DNA of 64,000 nucleotides from Macrostomum lignano (taxonomy: Eukaryota), in assembly GCA_002269645.1 (NCBI GenBank), contig NIVC01002411.1:1-64000 (forward strand), given 5' to 3'. How positions within the stretch are numbered: position 1 is the stretch's first letter; every line of letters begins with the position of its first letter. The notes under the pieces were generated by a model. That model worked only from the letters and a program-made list of their open reading frames with translations, was not told the origin of the DNA and did no database searches. This document shows positions 23,272-36,599 of the stretch, one piece after another. Made by a program: the position numbers and the translations under genes.

Positions 23272-25610
23272 GAGAAAGACAGGAAGGGGAAGACAAAGAA
23301 GGAAGACAGAGAGGCAAAGACATGGAGGGAAGACAGGGAGGGGAGACAGGGAGGGAAGACAGGGAGGGAAGACAGGGAGGGAAGACAGGGAGGGAAGACA
23401 GGGAAGGGAAGACAGGGAGGGAAGACAGGGAGGGAAGACAGGGAGGGGAGACAGGGAGGGGAGACAGGGAGGGGAGACAGGGAGGGAAGACAGGGAGGGA
23501 AGACAGGGAGGGAAGACAGGGAAGGGAAGACAGAAAGGGGAAGACAGGGAGGGAAGACAGGGAGGGAAGACAGGGAGGGAAGACAGGGAGGGAAGACAGG
23601 GAAGGAAGACAGGGAGGGAAAACAGAAGGGAAGATAGGGAAGGAAGACAGAGAGGGGAAGACAGAGAGGCGAAGACATGGAGGGAAGACAGGGAGGGGAG
23701 ACAGGGAGGGGAGACAGGGAGGGAAGACAGGGAGGGAAGACAGGGAGGGAAGACAGGGAAGGGAAGACAGGGAGGGAAGACAGGGAGGGAAGACAGGGAG
23801 GGAAGACAGGGAAGGGAAGACAGGGAGGGAAGACAGGGAGGGAAGACAGGGAGGGAAGACAGGGAAGGGAAGACAGGGAGGGAAGACAGGGAAGGAAGAC
23901 AGGGAGGGAAAACAGAAGGGAAGATAGGGAAGGAAGACAGAGAGGGGAAGACAGAGAGGCGAAGACATGGAGGGAAGACAGGGAAGGGAAGACAGGGAGG
24001 GAAGACAGGGAGGGAAGACAGGGAGGGAAGACAGGGAAGGGAAGACATGGAGGGAAGACAGGGAAGGGAAGACAGGGAGGGAAGACAGGGAGGGAAGACA
24101 GGGAGGGGAGACAGGGAGGGAAGACAGGGAGGGAAGACAGGGAGGGAAGACAGGGAGGGAAGACAGGGAAGGGAAGACAGGGAGGGAAGACAGGGAGGGA
24201 AGACAGGGAGGGAAGACAGGGAAGGGAAGACAGGGAGGGAAGACAGGGAGGGAAGACAGGGAGGGAAGACAGGGAGGGAAGACAGGGAGGGAAGACAGGG
24301 AAGGAAGACAGGGAGGGAAAACAGAAGGGAAGATAGGGAAGGAAGACAGAGAGGGGAAGACAGAGAGGCGAAGACATGGAGGGAAGACAGGGAGGGGAGA
24401 CAGGGAGGGGAAGACAGGGAGGGAAGACAGGGAGGGAAGACAGGGAGGGAAGACAGGGAGGGAAGACAGGGAGGGAAGACAGGGAGGGAAGACAGGGAGG
24501 GAAGACAGGGAGGGAAGACAGGGAGGGAAGACAGGGAGGGAAGACAGGGAGGGAAGACAGGGAGGGAAGACAGGGAGGGAAGACAGAAAGGGGAAGACAG
24601 GGAGGGAAGACAGGGAGGGAAGACAGGGAGGGAAGACAGGGAGGGGAGACAGGGAGGGGAGACAGGGAGGGAAGACAGGGAGGGAAGACAGGGAGGGAAG
24701 ACAGGGAGGGGAAGACAGGGAGGGAAGACAGGGAGGGGAAGACAGAAAGGGGGAGACAGGGAGGGGAAGACAGAGATGGGAAGACAGGGAGGGAAGACAG
24801 GAGGGGAAAACAGAAGGGAAGATAGGGAAGGAAGACAGGGAGGGAAGACAGGGAGGGAAGACAGAAAGGGGAAGACAGGGAGGGAAGACAGGGAAGGGAA
24901 GACAGGGAGGGAAGACAGAAAGGGGAAGACAGGGAGGGAAGACAGGGAGGGAAGACAGGGAGGGAAGACAGGGAGGGGAAGACAGGGAGGGAAGACAGGG
25001 AGGGGAAGACAGAAAGGGGAAGACAGGGAGGGAAGACAGGAGGGGAAAACAGAAGGGAAGATAGGGAAGGAAGACAGAGAGGGGAAGACAGGGAGGGGAA
25101 GACAGGGAGGGGAAGACAAGGAGGGAAGACAGGGAGGAGAAGACAGAAGGGGAAAACAGAGAAGGAAGACAGGGACAGGAAAACAGAAGGAAAGACAGGG
25201 AAAGAAGGCAGAGAAGGAATACAGAGAGGGGAAGACAGAGAGGGAAAGACAGAAAGGGGAAGATAGGGAGGGAAGACAGAGAGGGGAGACAGGGAGGGAA
25301 GACAGGGAGGGGAAGACAGAAAGGGGAAGACAGGGAGGGGAAGACAGAAAGGGGAAGACAGGGAGGGGAAGACAGAAAGGGGAAGATAGGGAGGGAAGAC
25401 AGAGAGGGGAGACAGGGAGGGGAAGACAGGGAGGGGAAGACAGAAAGGGGAAGACAGGGAGGGGAAGACAGAAAGGGGAAGATAGGGAGGGAAGACAGAG
25501 AGGGGAGACAGGGAGGGAAGACAGGGAGGGGAAGACAGAGAAGGGAAGGCAGAGAGGGAAAGACAGAAAGGGGAAGACAGAAGGAAAGACGGAGAGGAGA
25601 GAAGGAGAGA
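23272..25610. repeat. Purine-rich 13 bp minisatellite GGGAGGGAAGACA (pyrimidine-rich on the E78 sense strand)
   Basis: Visible; source of several long spurious ORFs. Confidence 0.97.
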
Positions 25611-26174
25611 GAGCTACATATAAAATTATCTAGCTGGCGGCATAGGTTTCACAATTAAGTCTAAAAGCTGTGGCCAGAATGTCAACCTTACAGAATGCGC
25701 TCACCCCCCCCCTAAACACCCGTTGCGTCACAGTCAGTTGTAAAGCCAAACGCAATGAGCTAAAAATAGACTGGCACGAGCTAAATTAGCGGGCCTAATA
25801 AATGCTGCAAGAGGCGGCCAGTTGGTTCTGTAATTTTTGTGTAAACAAATCATAAAAATGTCACGTGTCTGGCAGGAAAAAATCTGAAAATCTACACAAT
25901 TTAAGCAACGTGCCGGTGGCGTTGCCGCTTTGTCCGATTCTCTGTCTGAAGTTTTTTCTCTTAGCTTAGCGAGGGAGTCAGAGGGAGAAGAGGAAGTCAG
26001 ATGAAAGAGCCGGTTCTCATACGGGCGCTTGACAGGAAGGGAGTAACTTTTGCTAATTTATATCTTAATGAAAATCATGATTTATTGCCAAAAGATAAGT
26101 GATAAGGGTAGACAGAGAGATGAGAGAAAGAGCGTCAACGAAGGAGCGAAGGAGGGGAGAGGGAGAAAGGGAGA

Positions 26175-26880
26175 GAGACTGAGGGAAGAGGGGAGAGACT
26201 GGGGAAGAGGGGAGAGACTGGGGAAGAGGGGATAGACTGAGGGAAGAGGGGAGAGACTGGGGAAGAGGGGAGAGACTGGGGAAGAGGGGAGAGACTGGGG
26301 AAGAGGGGATAGACTGAGGGAAGAGGGGAGAGACTGAGGGAAGAGGGGAGAGACTGAGGGAAGAGGGGAGAGACTGGGGAAGAGGGGAGAGACTGAGGGA
26401 AGAGGGGAGAGACTGAGGGAAGAGGGGAGAGACTGAGGGAAGAGGGGAGAGACTGAGGGAAGAGGAGAGAAACTGAGAGAAGATGGGAGAGACTGAGGGA
26501 AGAGGGGAGAGACTGAGGGAAGAGGGGAGAGACTGAGAGAAGATGGGAGAGACTGAGGGAAGAGGGGAGAAACTGAGGGAAGAGGGGAGAAACAGAGAGG
26601 ATGGGAGAGACTGGGGAAGAGGGGAGAGACTGGGGAAGAGGGGAGAGACTGAGGGAAGATGGGAGAGACTGAGGGAAGAGGGGAGAGACTGAGAGAAGAT
26701 GGGAGAGACTGAGGGAAGATGGGAGAGACTGAGGGAAGAGGGGAGAGACTGAGGGAAGAGGAGAGAGACTGAGGAAGAGGGGAGAGACTGAGGGAAGAGG
26801 GGAGAGACTGAGGGAAGATGGGAGAGACGGAGGGGAGAGACGGAGGGGGGAGACGGAGGGGAGAGGGGAGAGGGAGAGAA
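26175..26880. repeat. Purine-rich 18 bp repeat GAGACTGAGGGAAGAGGG
   Basis: Visible. Confidence 0.95.
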
Positions 26881-27447
26881 AAGACCTGAGAATGATATAT
26901 GAGATTCAGACAGCAGGGACAGAATATGAGAGATGAATAAATATCGAATAGCAGTTGTCAGTTTGATATAAGCAAGTTAATCTGTCACTTATTAGCATTT
27001 TACATAAACTACCAATTATGCAATACCAAAAGCACAGAGCAGCAAGTGACTAGCTCTGCGCGCACTATAGCTTGCAATAAGTAACATTTAAAGCAGCCGG
27101 CCTCGCACAATGGCAAAAATAGGATTGCGCAAGTACCTTGCAGTTGCCCATGCCTCTACATAATATATATATCTTTATTTATCGCTGAAATTTGCTTTAG
27201 AGAGAAACCTTTTGAAAACTGCAGCACAAAAGGTGGCAACAAAAACCGCAGGGGAGGGGGGTCGTCGGTCAGGTTTTTGCCTTAATATTCAAGCGCTGCT
27301 TACACGTGATATTTTGATTCTTCTTCTGCTAGAAGAGAGTAGGAAGGAAGAGAGGTCTGGTAGATATAGAAAACCCACAGGAATGAGTGTATAGAACAAT
27401 GGTAGACTTCTGTCTCCCTAGTTCCAAAGGAAAAAGCCCGTTGTGAC

Positions 27448-27836
27448 ATATCCAGTCTGTGAACTATCCAGTCTGTGAAATATCCAGTCTGTGAACTATC
27501 CAGTCTGTGAAATATCCAGTCTGTGAAATATCCAGTCTGTGAAATATCCAGTCTGTGAAATATCCAGTCTGTGAAATATCCAGTCTGTGAACTATCCAGT
27601 CTGTGAACTATCCAGTCTGTGAAATATCCAGTCTGTGAAATATCCAGTCTGTGAAATATCCAGTCTGTGAAATATCCAGTCTGTGAACTATCCAGTCTGT
27701 GAAATATCCAGTCTGTGAAATATCCAGTCTGTGAAATATCCAGTCTGTGAACTGTCCAGTCTGTGAAATATCCAGTCTGTGAACTGTCCAGTCTGTGAAC
27801 TATCCAGTCTGTGAACTATCCAGTCTGTGAACTATA
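27448..27836. repeat. 16 bp repeat TATCCAGTCTGTGAA(A/C)
   Basis: Visible. Confidence 0.97.
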
Positions 27837-28359
27837 GCTCAGAGTCGCTATAAAATTTTCTACGTGTCAGATGGCTGCGCCACCAGCCTTCCTTTAGCTA
27901 AAAATTTGAGCTGTCAATTTTTGTGATTTAGCCGCCCGTGTCGACTGCTGCATAAGCCTGATGACTATTGAGGAGCCATATTGAAAAAAAATTGGCTCAA
28001 AACTCCCAGCACAGCACTTGAGAATGGATAAATAGGCAGTAGCAGGTAGCAACAGGTGCCAACCTGAAGCCAAACAATGGCAGTAGCACCGAGTTGAGGG
28101 GAAGGAATTGGTGTTTGGGATAGAATTCTCCGTGCCAAATGGACCGATAATTCACTAGATGAGCAGTTCTCAGACAGAAAGAAATTTCAGTTGTTTAACA
28201 ATACTATTTTGTAAGATTTTCTCCATAGGCGATGCCAAGTCCTTAACACTGTTTAATAAGAGTTCTCTCGCTAAGTTATAAAACTTGAAAACTTTTACCC
28301 ATTTTATTCATTTTTCTCTAACTTGTCAATGTTATCATGTTATCATTGTCAATGCACAC

Positions 28360-28935
28360 CTGAATATTCAGTGGGTCATGTAGGCAGGCTACCTACCTGC
28401 CTACTGCACGCCTGAGTATTCAGTGGATCATGTGGTTACCTACCTGCCTACTGCACGCCTGAGTATTCAGTGGATCATGTGGTTACCTACCTGCCTACTG
28501 CACACCTGAGTATTCAGTGGATCATGTGGTTACCTACCTGCCTACTGCACGCCTGAGTATTCAGTGGATCATGTGGTTACCTACCTGCCTACTGCACGCC
28601 TGAGTATTCAGTGGATCATGTGGTTACCTACCTGCCTACTGCACGCCTGAGTATTCAGTGGATCATGTGGTTACCTATCTGCCTACTGCACACCTGAGTA
28701 TTCAGTGGATCATGTGGTTACCTACCTGCCTACTGCACACCTGAGTATTCAGTGGATCATGTGGCTACCTACCTGCCTACTGCACACCTGAGTATTCAGT
28801 GGATCATGTGGTTACCTATCTGCCTACTGCACACCTGAGTATTCAGTGGATCATGTGGTTACCTACCTGCCTACTGCACACCTGAGTATTCAGTGGATCA
28901 TGTGGTTACCTACCTGCCTACTGCACGCCTGAATT
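28360..28935. repeat. 47 bp minisatellite CCTGAGTATTCAGTGGATCATGTGGTTACCTACCTGCCTACTGCAC(A/G)
   Basis: Visible, ~12 copies. Confidence 0.96.
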
Positions 28936-29374
28936 ATTCAAACTAAATTCCATAAACATTCAATGAACTGAATATCCACTGACCAGCTATTACCTGCACT
29001 CATTGTTAACACTATAAAAATGCTAATAGATGACAAAGCATGAAGCTATATACCCGCCCATTGACAGCATTTTAATGGGTGCAGTTTGCTAAAACTACCA
29101 AAAAACTATCGTAAAAAAAGCGCGCAAGATGCGGGTTAGATTAATGAGAAGAGGAGAGGGGAAAGATGAGAACAGGACGGTTGATAGTTATAACTGGTTC
29201 CCAACCCCATCCAATATCCATAAGCAAATATAGCAATAAAATCGCCAATAAAATACACAAGAGTCGTAATTCAGCAGTGTTTTTGCCGCGACAACCGATT
29301 GTAAGCTGTCATAAAGCAGCCCTAATAACGGAATGCTTTCACAAACTTAAAAGTTACTAATTTATAGTTTATGA

Positions 29375-29985
29375 AATTTAGGGGTTTATGAAGCTTAGAG
29401 GTTTGTTAAGTTTATGGTTTGTGAAGTTTATGCTTTGTGAAGTTTAGGGTTTGTGAAGCTTAAAGTTTGTGAAGTTTATGCTTTGTGAAGTTAAGGGGTT
29501 GTGAAGTTTAGGGTTTGTGAAGTTTAGGGGTTGCGAAGTTTATGGCTTGTGAAGTTTAGGGGTTGTGAAGTTTATGGCTTGTGAAGTTTAGGGTTTGTGA
29601 AGTTTAGGGGTTGTGAAGTTTAGGGGTTGTGAAGTTTATGGTTTGTGAAGTTTAGGGGTTGTGAAGTTTATGGCTTGTGAAGTTTATGCTTTGTGAAGTT
29701 TAGGGGTTGCGAAGTTTATGGCTTGTGAAGTTTATGGTTTGTGAAGTTTAGAGGTTGTGAAGTTTAGGGGTTGTGAAGTTTAGGGTTTGTGAAGTTTATG
29801 GCTTGTGAAGTTTATGGTTTGTGAAGTTTAAAGGTTGTGAAGTTTATAGTTTGTGGAGTTTAGGGGTTGTGAAGTTTGGGGTTTGTGGAGTTTAGGGGTT
29901 GTGAAGTCTGGGGGTTGTGAAATCTGGGGCTTGTGAAGGTTATGATTTGTGAAGTTTATGATTTGTAAAGTTTAGGGGTTGTGAT
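29375..29985. repeat. 16-17 bp repeat GTGAAGTTTAGGGGTT
   Basis: Visible. Confidence 0.95.
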
Positions 29986-30211
29986 CCCCCAAAATCCAAT
30001 AAAAATGTGTAGATATTAATTACCACAATTTCTATTCCTCATGCTTGAACAGTATAGCTGACTCTATCCCCCAATATTATTCCTTGTATGCATCTTGTAT
30101 ATATAAACATATTCCATATCTGGTCTGGTACAGGATGATTAAGTCGTATTACTCAAACACACACACACGCACAAACTGGCGCCAAGGGCTGTTCTGTAGT
30201 GCTCGCATCAT

Positions 30212-30247
<36 letters not shown>

Positions 30248-30369
30248 CACGAGGGGGGGAGGGTCACAGTGAGCGCGGCCGCTTGCCAAAAGAGCGAGGG
30301 ATGCATAATTAATTAGGTAGGGCGTGGGGGGAGTCAGCGAGAGAAAGGATGAGAGAACGATAGCTCTCA

Positions 30370-30411
<42 letters not shown>
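30370..30411. repeat. (CT)n microsatellite
   Basis: Visible. Confidence 0.95.
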
Positions 30412-30414
<3 letters not shown>

Positions 30415-30827
30415 ATTTCTCACCATTATTTTTTTCTGAGCATCTGCAAAAGTAGAAGATGAACAGAATTGGCTAAGACTGATTATCATTATGATTAGTT
30501 AGTCTAATAAGTATGGATATATTATATATTAATACTATACTACTGGAATAATACCATCCATGCTTATATGCGAAACTGAGATAAATGAGATGCGAGCCAA
30601 TATTCTAAAGCCGCTAAATGCCCAATTTTCGAACCCGGCTGTGCGCGCAGCTACTGAGCTGCCAGTTCGGGAGAGAACGGAGCAGCCAGAAGAAGAGTTA
30701 ATCAATGGGCTGGGTTGGGGAGGAATCCTCGTCCGCAACAGGTGGGGGACTGGGGGCATCGGGACCGGGATCGCAGGTTAGGACTGGCGGCATCGGATTT
30801 AGGGTCAGTAATGATATGTAGAGCGAT

Positions 30828-32705
30828 CGGGATCAGGAATGGGATCTCGAGTCGGGATCAGGAATGGGATCTCGAGTCGGGATTAGGAATGGGATCTGGA
30901 GTCGGGATCAGGAATGGGATCTGGGAGTCGGGATCTGGAATGGGATCTGGGAGTCGGGATCTGGAATGGGATCCGGAATGGGATCAAGAATGGGATCTGG
31001 AGTCGGGATCAGGAATGGGATCTGGAGTCGGGATCAGGAATGGGATCTGGAGTCGGGATCAGGAATGAGATCTGGAGTCGGGATCAGGAATGGGATCTGG
31101 AGTCGGGATCAGGAATGGGATCTCGAGTCGGGATCAGGAATGGGATCTGAAGTCGGGATCTGGAATGGGATCTGGGAGTCGGGATCTGGAATGGGATCTG
31201 GGAGTCGGGATCTGGAATGGGATCCGGAATGGGATCAAGAATGGGATCTGGAGTCGGGATCAGGAATGGGATCTGGAGTCGGGATCAGGAATGGGATCTG
31301 GAGTCGGGATCAGGAATGGGATCTGGAGTCGGGATCAGGAATGAGATCTGGAGTCGGGATCAGGAATGGGATCTGGAGTCGGGATCAGGAATGGGATCTG
31401 GAGTCGGGATCAGGAATGGGATCTGGAGTCGGGATCAGGAATGGGATCTGGGAGTCGGGATCTGGAATGGGATCCGGAATGGGATCAAGAATGGGATCTG
31501 GAGTCGGGATCAGGAATGGGATCTGGAGTCGGGATCAGGAATGGGATCTGGAGTCGGGATCAGGAATGGGATCTGGAGTCGGGATCAGGAATGAGATCTG
31601 GAGTCGGGATCAGGAATGGGATCTGGAGTCGGGATCAGGAATGGGATCTGGAGTCGGGATCAGGAATGGGATCTGGAGTCGGGATCTGGAATAAGATCTG
31701 GAGTCGGGATCAGGAATGGGATCAGGAGTCGGGATCAGGAATTGGATCTGGAGTCGGGATCAGGAATGGGATCTGGAATAGGATCTGGAGTCGGGATCAG
31801 GAATGAGATCTGGAGTCGGGATCAGGAATGGGATCTGGGGTCGGGATCAGGAATGGGATCTGGAGTCGGGATCAGGAATGGAATCTGGAGTCGGGATCAG
31901 GAATGGGATCTGGAGTCGGGATCAGGAATGGGATCTGGAGTCGGGATCAGGAATGGGATCTGGAGTCGGGATCAGGAATGGGATCTGGAGTCGGGATCAG
32001 GAATGGAATCTGGAGTCGGGATCAGGAATGGGATCAGGAGTCGGGATCAGGAATTGGATCTGGAGTCGGGATCAGGAATGGGATCTGGAATAGGATCTGG
32101 AGTCGGGATCAGGAATGAGATCTGGAGTCGGGATCAGGAATGGGATCTGGAGTCGGGATCAGGAATGAGATCTGGAGTCGGGATCAGGAATGGGATCTGG
32201 AGTCGGGATCAGGAATGGGATCTGGAGTCGGGATCAGGAATGGGATCTGTAATAGGATCTGGAGTCGGGATCAGGAACGGGATCAGGAACGGGATCAGGA
32301 ACGGGATCAGGAGTCGGGATCAGGAATTGGATCTGGAGTCGGGATCAGGAATGGGATCTGGAATAGGATCTGGAGTCGGGATCAGGAATGGGATCTGGAG
32401 TCGGGATCTGGAATGGGATCTGGGAGTCGGGATCTGGAATGGGATCTGAAGTCGGGATCTGGAATGGGATATGGGAGTCGGGATCTGGAATGGGATCTGG
32501 GAGTCGGGGTCTGGAATGGGATCCGGAATGGGATCAAGAATGGGATCTGGAGTCGGGATCAGGAATGGGATCTGGAGTCGGGATCAGGAATGGGATCTGG
32601 AGTCGGGATCAGGAATGGGATCTGGAGTCGGGATCAGGAATGGGATCTGGAGTCGGGATCAGGAATGGGATCTGGAGTCGGGATCAGGAATGGGATCTGG
32701 AGTCT
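30828..32705. repeat. 25 bp minisatellite GGGATCTGGAGTCGGGATCAGGAAT
   Basis: Visible; explains the many GSG/WSRDQE ORFs. Confidence 0.97.
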
Positions 32706-33669
32706 TCTATATATAACGCTGACGCAGTAATAAACCCAGCTGGCAAATCAGATCGGAGATCAGCATTAGTCAGTCGGTTAGTCAAGCCGGCCACTACAAC
32801 TTGCCCATAAGTGTTTAAAAAAGGCACACCGGGTTTACAATACGGATAATTGTTGGCCATACAGCTATCCTGATATATTGGGAGAACAAAGACTAATTTT
32901 CCGGGCTAACTACTATACAAAGAGCAGATCCAGCGCAGACATAATTTAGCAAGGGAATAAATTTATGCTGGGGGGGGGAGAGAAAGACCGCGGCGTCAGA
33001 AAAGCAGAAGAGAAAAGGTAAGAAAAAACTAAATAAGGCAAACTGAGCCACAGAACACCCACCACCAGCAGCAGCTGCAGCAAAGGAGCGGGGGGCGGCA
33101 TTGCCTTTTGTTAGCTAATTATAATATTATAATATTAATGAGCAATGATTACATAGGGGATCCAAGTTGGACACGTTGAGCTGGCACAGAACACTCAACT
33201 CTTTTTCATGCATAGATTATAGATGGATGGATTTTTTTCTCGATGAAGATGATAGAGTCTTGTTTGAAATGGGTTTTTTTAGATCCTAAACCTCCGACCT
33301 TCGACCCGCTGGCTAGAGACCGCAGATCACAGGTCAGAACGAGGCAGATAACAAAAGACTACAATACGGCTAAAGAAGCATGGGCCCTTGAATTGCATGG
33401 CCTGCATCATTCATGCTCTTCTTAGCCTAGTTCGTGAAATCGCTATTCTCTGCGAAGGGCTTTTCACATCAGAATGAAGACAGAAAATGGAGTGCCCGCT
33501 TCACAGACTATAATATTGATAATATTAATAAGCATACTAATCAGTACTGCCGCTCCTGGGGCTGACCCCTGAGCACATGCAAGGTGTACAGCGGTCCTTT
33601 GACTTTCTAATCATCAGGCGTGTGCACTCTCTGTGACTTTTTGGCCCTCGGGAACGTGAATCGGAGGAC

Positions 33670-35306
33670 CTAGAATCTTCGCAAACTAGAATATTCACAA
33701 ACTAGAGTCTTCACAAACTAGAATCTTCACAAACTAGAGTCTTCACAAACTAGAATCTTCACAAACCAGAATCTTTACAATCTAGAATCTTCACAATCTA
33801 GAATCTTCACAATCTAGAATCTTTACAAACTAGAATCTTCAAAAACTAGAGTCTTTACAAACTAGAGTCTTCACAAGCTAGAATCCTCACAAACTAGAGT
33901 CTTTACAAACTAGAATATTTACAAACTAGAGTCTTTACAAACTAGAATATTTACAAACTAGAATATTTACAAACTAGAATATTTACAAACTAGAGTCTTC
34001 ACAAACTAGAGTCTTTACAAACTAGAGTCTTCACAAGCTAGAATCCTCACAAACTAGAGTCTTTACAAACTAGAATATTTACAAACTAGAGTCTTTACAA
34101 ACTAGAATATTTACAAACTAGAATATTTACAAACTAGAATATTTACAAACTAGAGTCTTCACAAACTAGAATCCTCACAAACTAGAGTCTTTACAAACTA
34201 GAATATTTACAAACTAGAGTCTTTACAAACTAGAATATTTACAAACTAGAATATTTACAAACTAGAATATTTACAAACTAGAATATTTACAAACTAGAGT
34301 CTTCACAAACTAGAATCTTCACAAACTAGAGTCTTCACAAACTAGAATCTTCACAAACTAGAGTCTTCACAAACTAGAATCTTCACAAACCAGAATCTTC
34401 ACAATCTAGAATCTTCACAATCTAGAATCTTCACCATCTAGAATCTTTACAAACTAGAATCTTCAAAAACTAGAGTCTTTACAAACTAGAGGCTTTACAA
34501 ACTAGAGTCTTCACAAGCTAGAATCCTCACAAACTAGAGTCTTTACAAACTAGAATATTTACAAACTAGAGTCTTCACAAACTAGAATCTTCACAAACTA
34601 GAGTCTTCACAAACTAGAATCTTCACAAACTAGAGTCTTCACAAACTAGAATCTTCACAAACCAGAATCTTCACAATCTAGAATCTTCACAATCTAGAAT
34701 CTTCACAATCTAGAATCTTTACAAACTAGAATCTTCAAAAACTAGAATCTTCAAAAACTAGAATCTTCACAAACTAGAGTCTTTACAAACTAGAATCTTC
34801 AAAAACTAGAATCTTCACAAACTAGAGTCTTTACAAACTAGAGGCTTTACAAACTAGAGTCTTCACAAGCTAGAATCCTCACAAACCAGAATCTTTACAA
34901 TCTAGAATCTTCACAATCTAGAATCTTCACAATCTAGAATCTTTACAAACTAGAGTCTTCACAAACTAGAATCTTCACAAACCAGAATCTTTACAAGCTA
35001 GAGTCTTCACAAACTAGAATCTTCACAAACTAGAGTCTTCACAAACTAGAATCTTCACAAACTAGAGTCTTCACAAACTAGAATCTTCACAAACTAGAGT
35101 CTTCACAAACTAGAATCTTCACAAACTAGAATCTTTACAATCTAGAATCTTCACAATCTAGAATCTTTACAAACTAGAATCTTCAAAAACTAGAATCTTC
35201 ACAAACTAGAGTCTTTACAAACTAGAGGCTTTACAAACTAGAGTCTTCACAAGCTAGAATCCTCACAAACTAGAATATTTACAAACTAGAGTCTTCACAA
35301 ACTAGA
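33670..35306. repeat. 16 bp minisatellite ACAAACTAGA(A/G)TCTT(C/T) with higher-order blocks
   Basis: Visible. Confidence 0.97.
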
Positions 35307-35314
35307 AATGATAC

Positions 35315-35476
35315 CAGGGGCGTAGCTAGGAATTTCCTACGGGGGGATACACCAAGGTAAAAGTGCTATGACAGAGTCACATGGTAGCATGTATAGCAAC
35401 ATACGGCAACAAAAAAGTTTTGGTCAGGCTCTTTGGGGGGGATACATCCCCCCTATCCCCCCTCCCTACGCCCCTG
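35315..35476. mobile_element. hAT-type MITE (162 bp)
   Basis: 11-bp TIR CAGGGGCGTAG / CTACGCCCCTG; perfect 8-bp TSD AATGATAC at 35307-35314 and 35477-35484. Confidence 0.88.
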
Positions 35477-36276
35477 AATGATACACAAATTACGATAATT
35501 ATCAATTTTTTTATTGGGCTTCTAATCCAGATTATTCCGAGGTCCCTGGCTGTCACTAGACAACAAAGACCGAACAGCGGCCGGGGCTCCAACCCCCACA
35601 CCGAACTATAGCCTGTCAAGTGCTGAGCTGTCATATTTATTGCGCAACAGCCAAAGGGGTAAGGGCAATAAAAAAGCGGTATTACTATCATCAACATTAC
35701 TATTATTATCAATATTATTACATATTGAGTTCTAAAGTGGATGAAGGCCCGGTCCAAAAACTCAGTGACCCGTCAATGTAAATAACCGTATAAATCTTAT
35801 CGGTTTTTTTCTGTATACAGATTAAACTCCCCAGATAAGAATAGAGTCCTATTCAATTTTAAGTGAATACTTTTTATATGCATATAGTTATAATACAACT
35901 AACTAAATAGCATTTTTTCAAGACAATTTTAAAACTTCATTCATGTATGAAAAAAAACCTTGAAAGCATTCCTACACACACGCACTAAAAAACCAGGGTC
36001 CGATTTCTGAAACTAGAAGAGGATTTTGGGGACCACCTAGGCAGCTGGGAACCATGGAGACGTGGCCTTGAGAGTCTGCAGACTGCGGGAGGGAGGGACT
36101 CCGCCAATCAAGGCCACAAATAAATCAGGGCTCCGGACGGCCCACCACCTGTCGGCAACGAAGAATTTGTTGACTATTTTTTCAATAAAAAAACTCATAG
36201 ACATCTGGATTGGAAAACCACAGCTCCAATTAAACATAAACCTATTGTTAAATATTTTGCGAGCAGTCCGATACAG

Positions 36277-36599
36277 GGGGGGGGGTTTCACAAACTCGAA
36301 ATTTCACAACGTCGAAAGCACCTTCTTTCACAAGATCGAAATTTCACAAGGTCGAAATTTCACAACATCGAAAACTTTAGCAAGAGACTTCATAAGGTCG
36401 AAATTTCACAACATCGAAAACTTTAGCAAGAGACTTCATAAGGTCGAAATTTCACAACATCGAAAACTTTAGCAAGAGACTTCATAAGGTCGAAATTTCA
36501 CAAGCTCGAAATTTCACAACGTAGGAAACTACTGTATGGTTCTTGTTATATTAAATTTTCGACGTTGTGAAATTTCGATCTTGTGAAAGCCCCCCCCCC
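36277..36599. mobile_element. MULE-type MITE (~320 bp)
   Basis: ~40-bp TIR G(n)-TTTCACAA..TCGAAATTTCACAACGTCGAAA; 9-bp TSD CCGATACAG at 36268-36276 and 36600-36608 (exact ends blurred by the G/C runs); internal tandem copies of the TIR motif. Confidence 0.8.

Noticed and set aside
23139-25633. ORFs of 219-616 aa on both strands (GREDREG / LPVFPPC)
   Set aside because: Translations of a 13-bp purine-rich repeat that lacks stop codons, inside an E78 intron.
30715-32810. Many overlapping GSG/WSRDQE ORFs
   Set aside because: Products of the 25-bp minisatellite.
35570-35635. tRNA-like A/B-box traces on the minus strand (also GGTTCGATTCC at ~37510)
   Set aside because: No cloverleaf; the boxes are too degenerate to call a tRNA or SINE.
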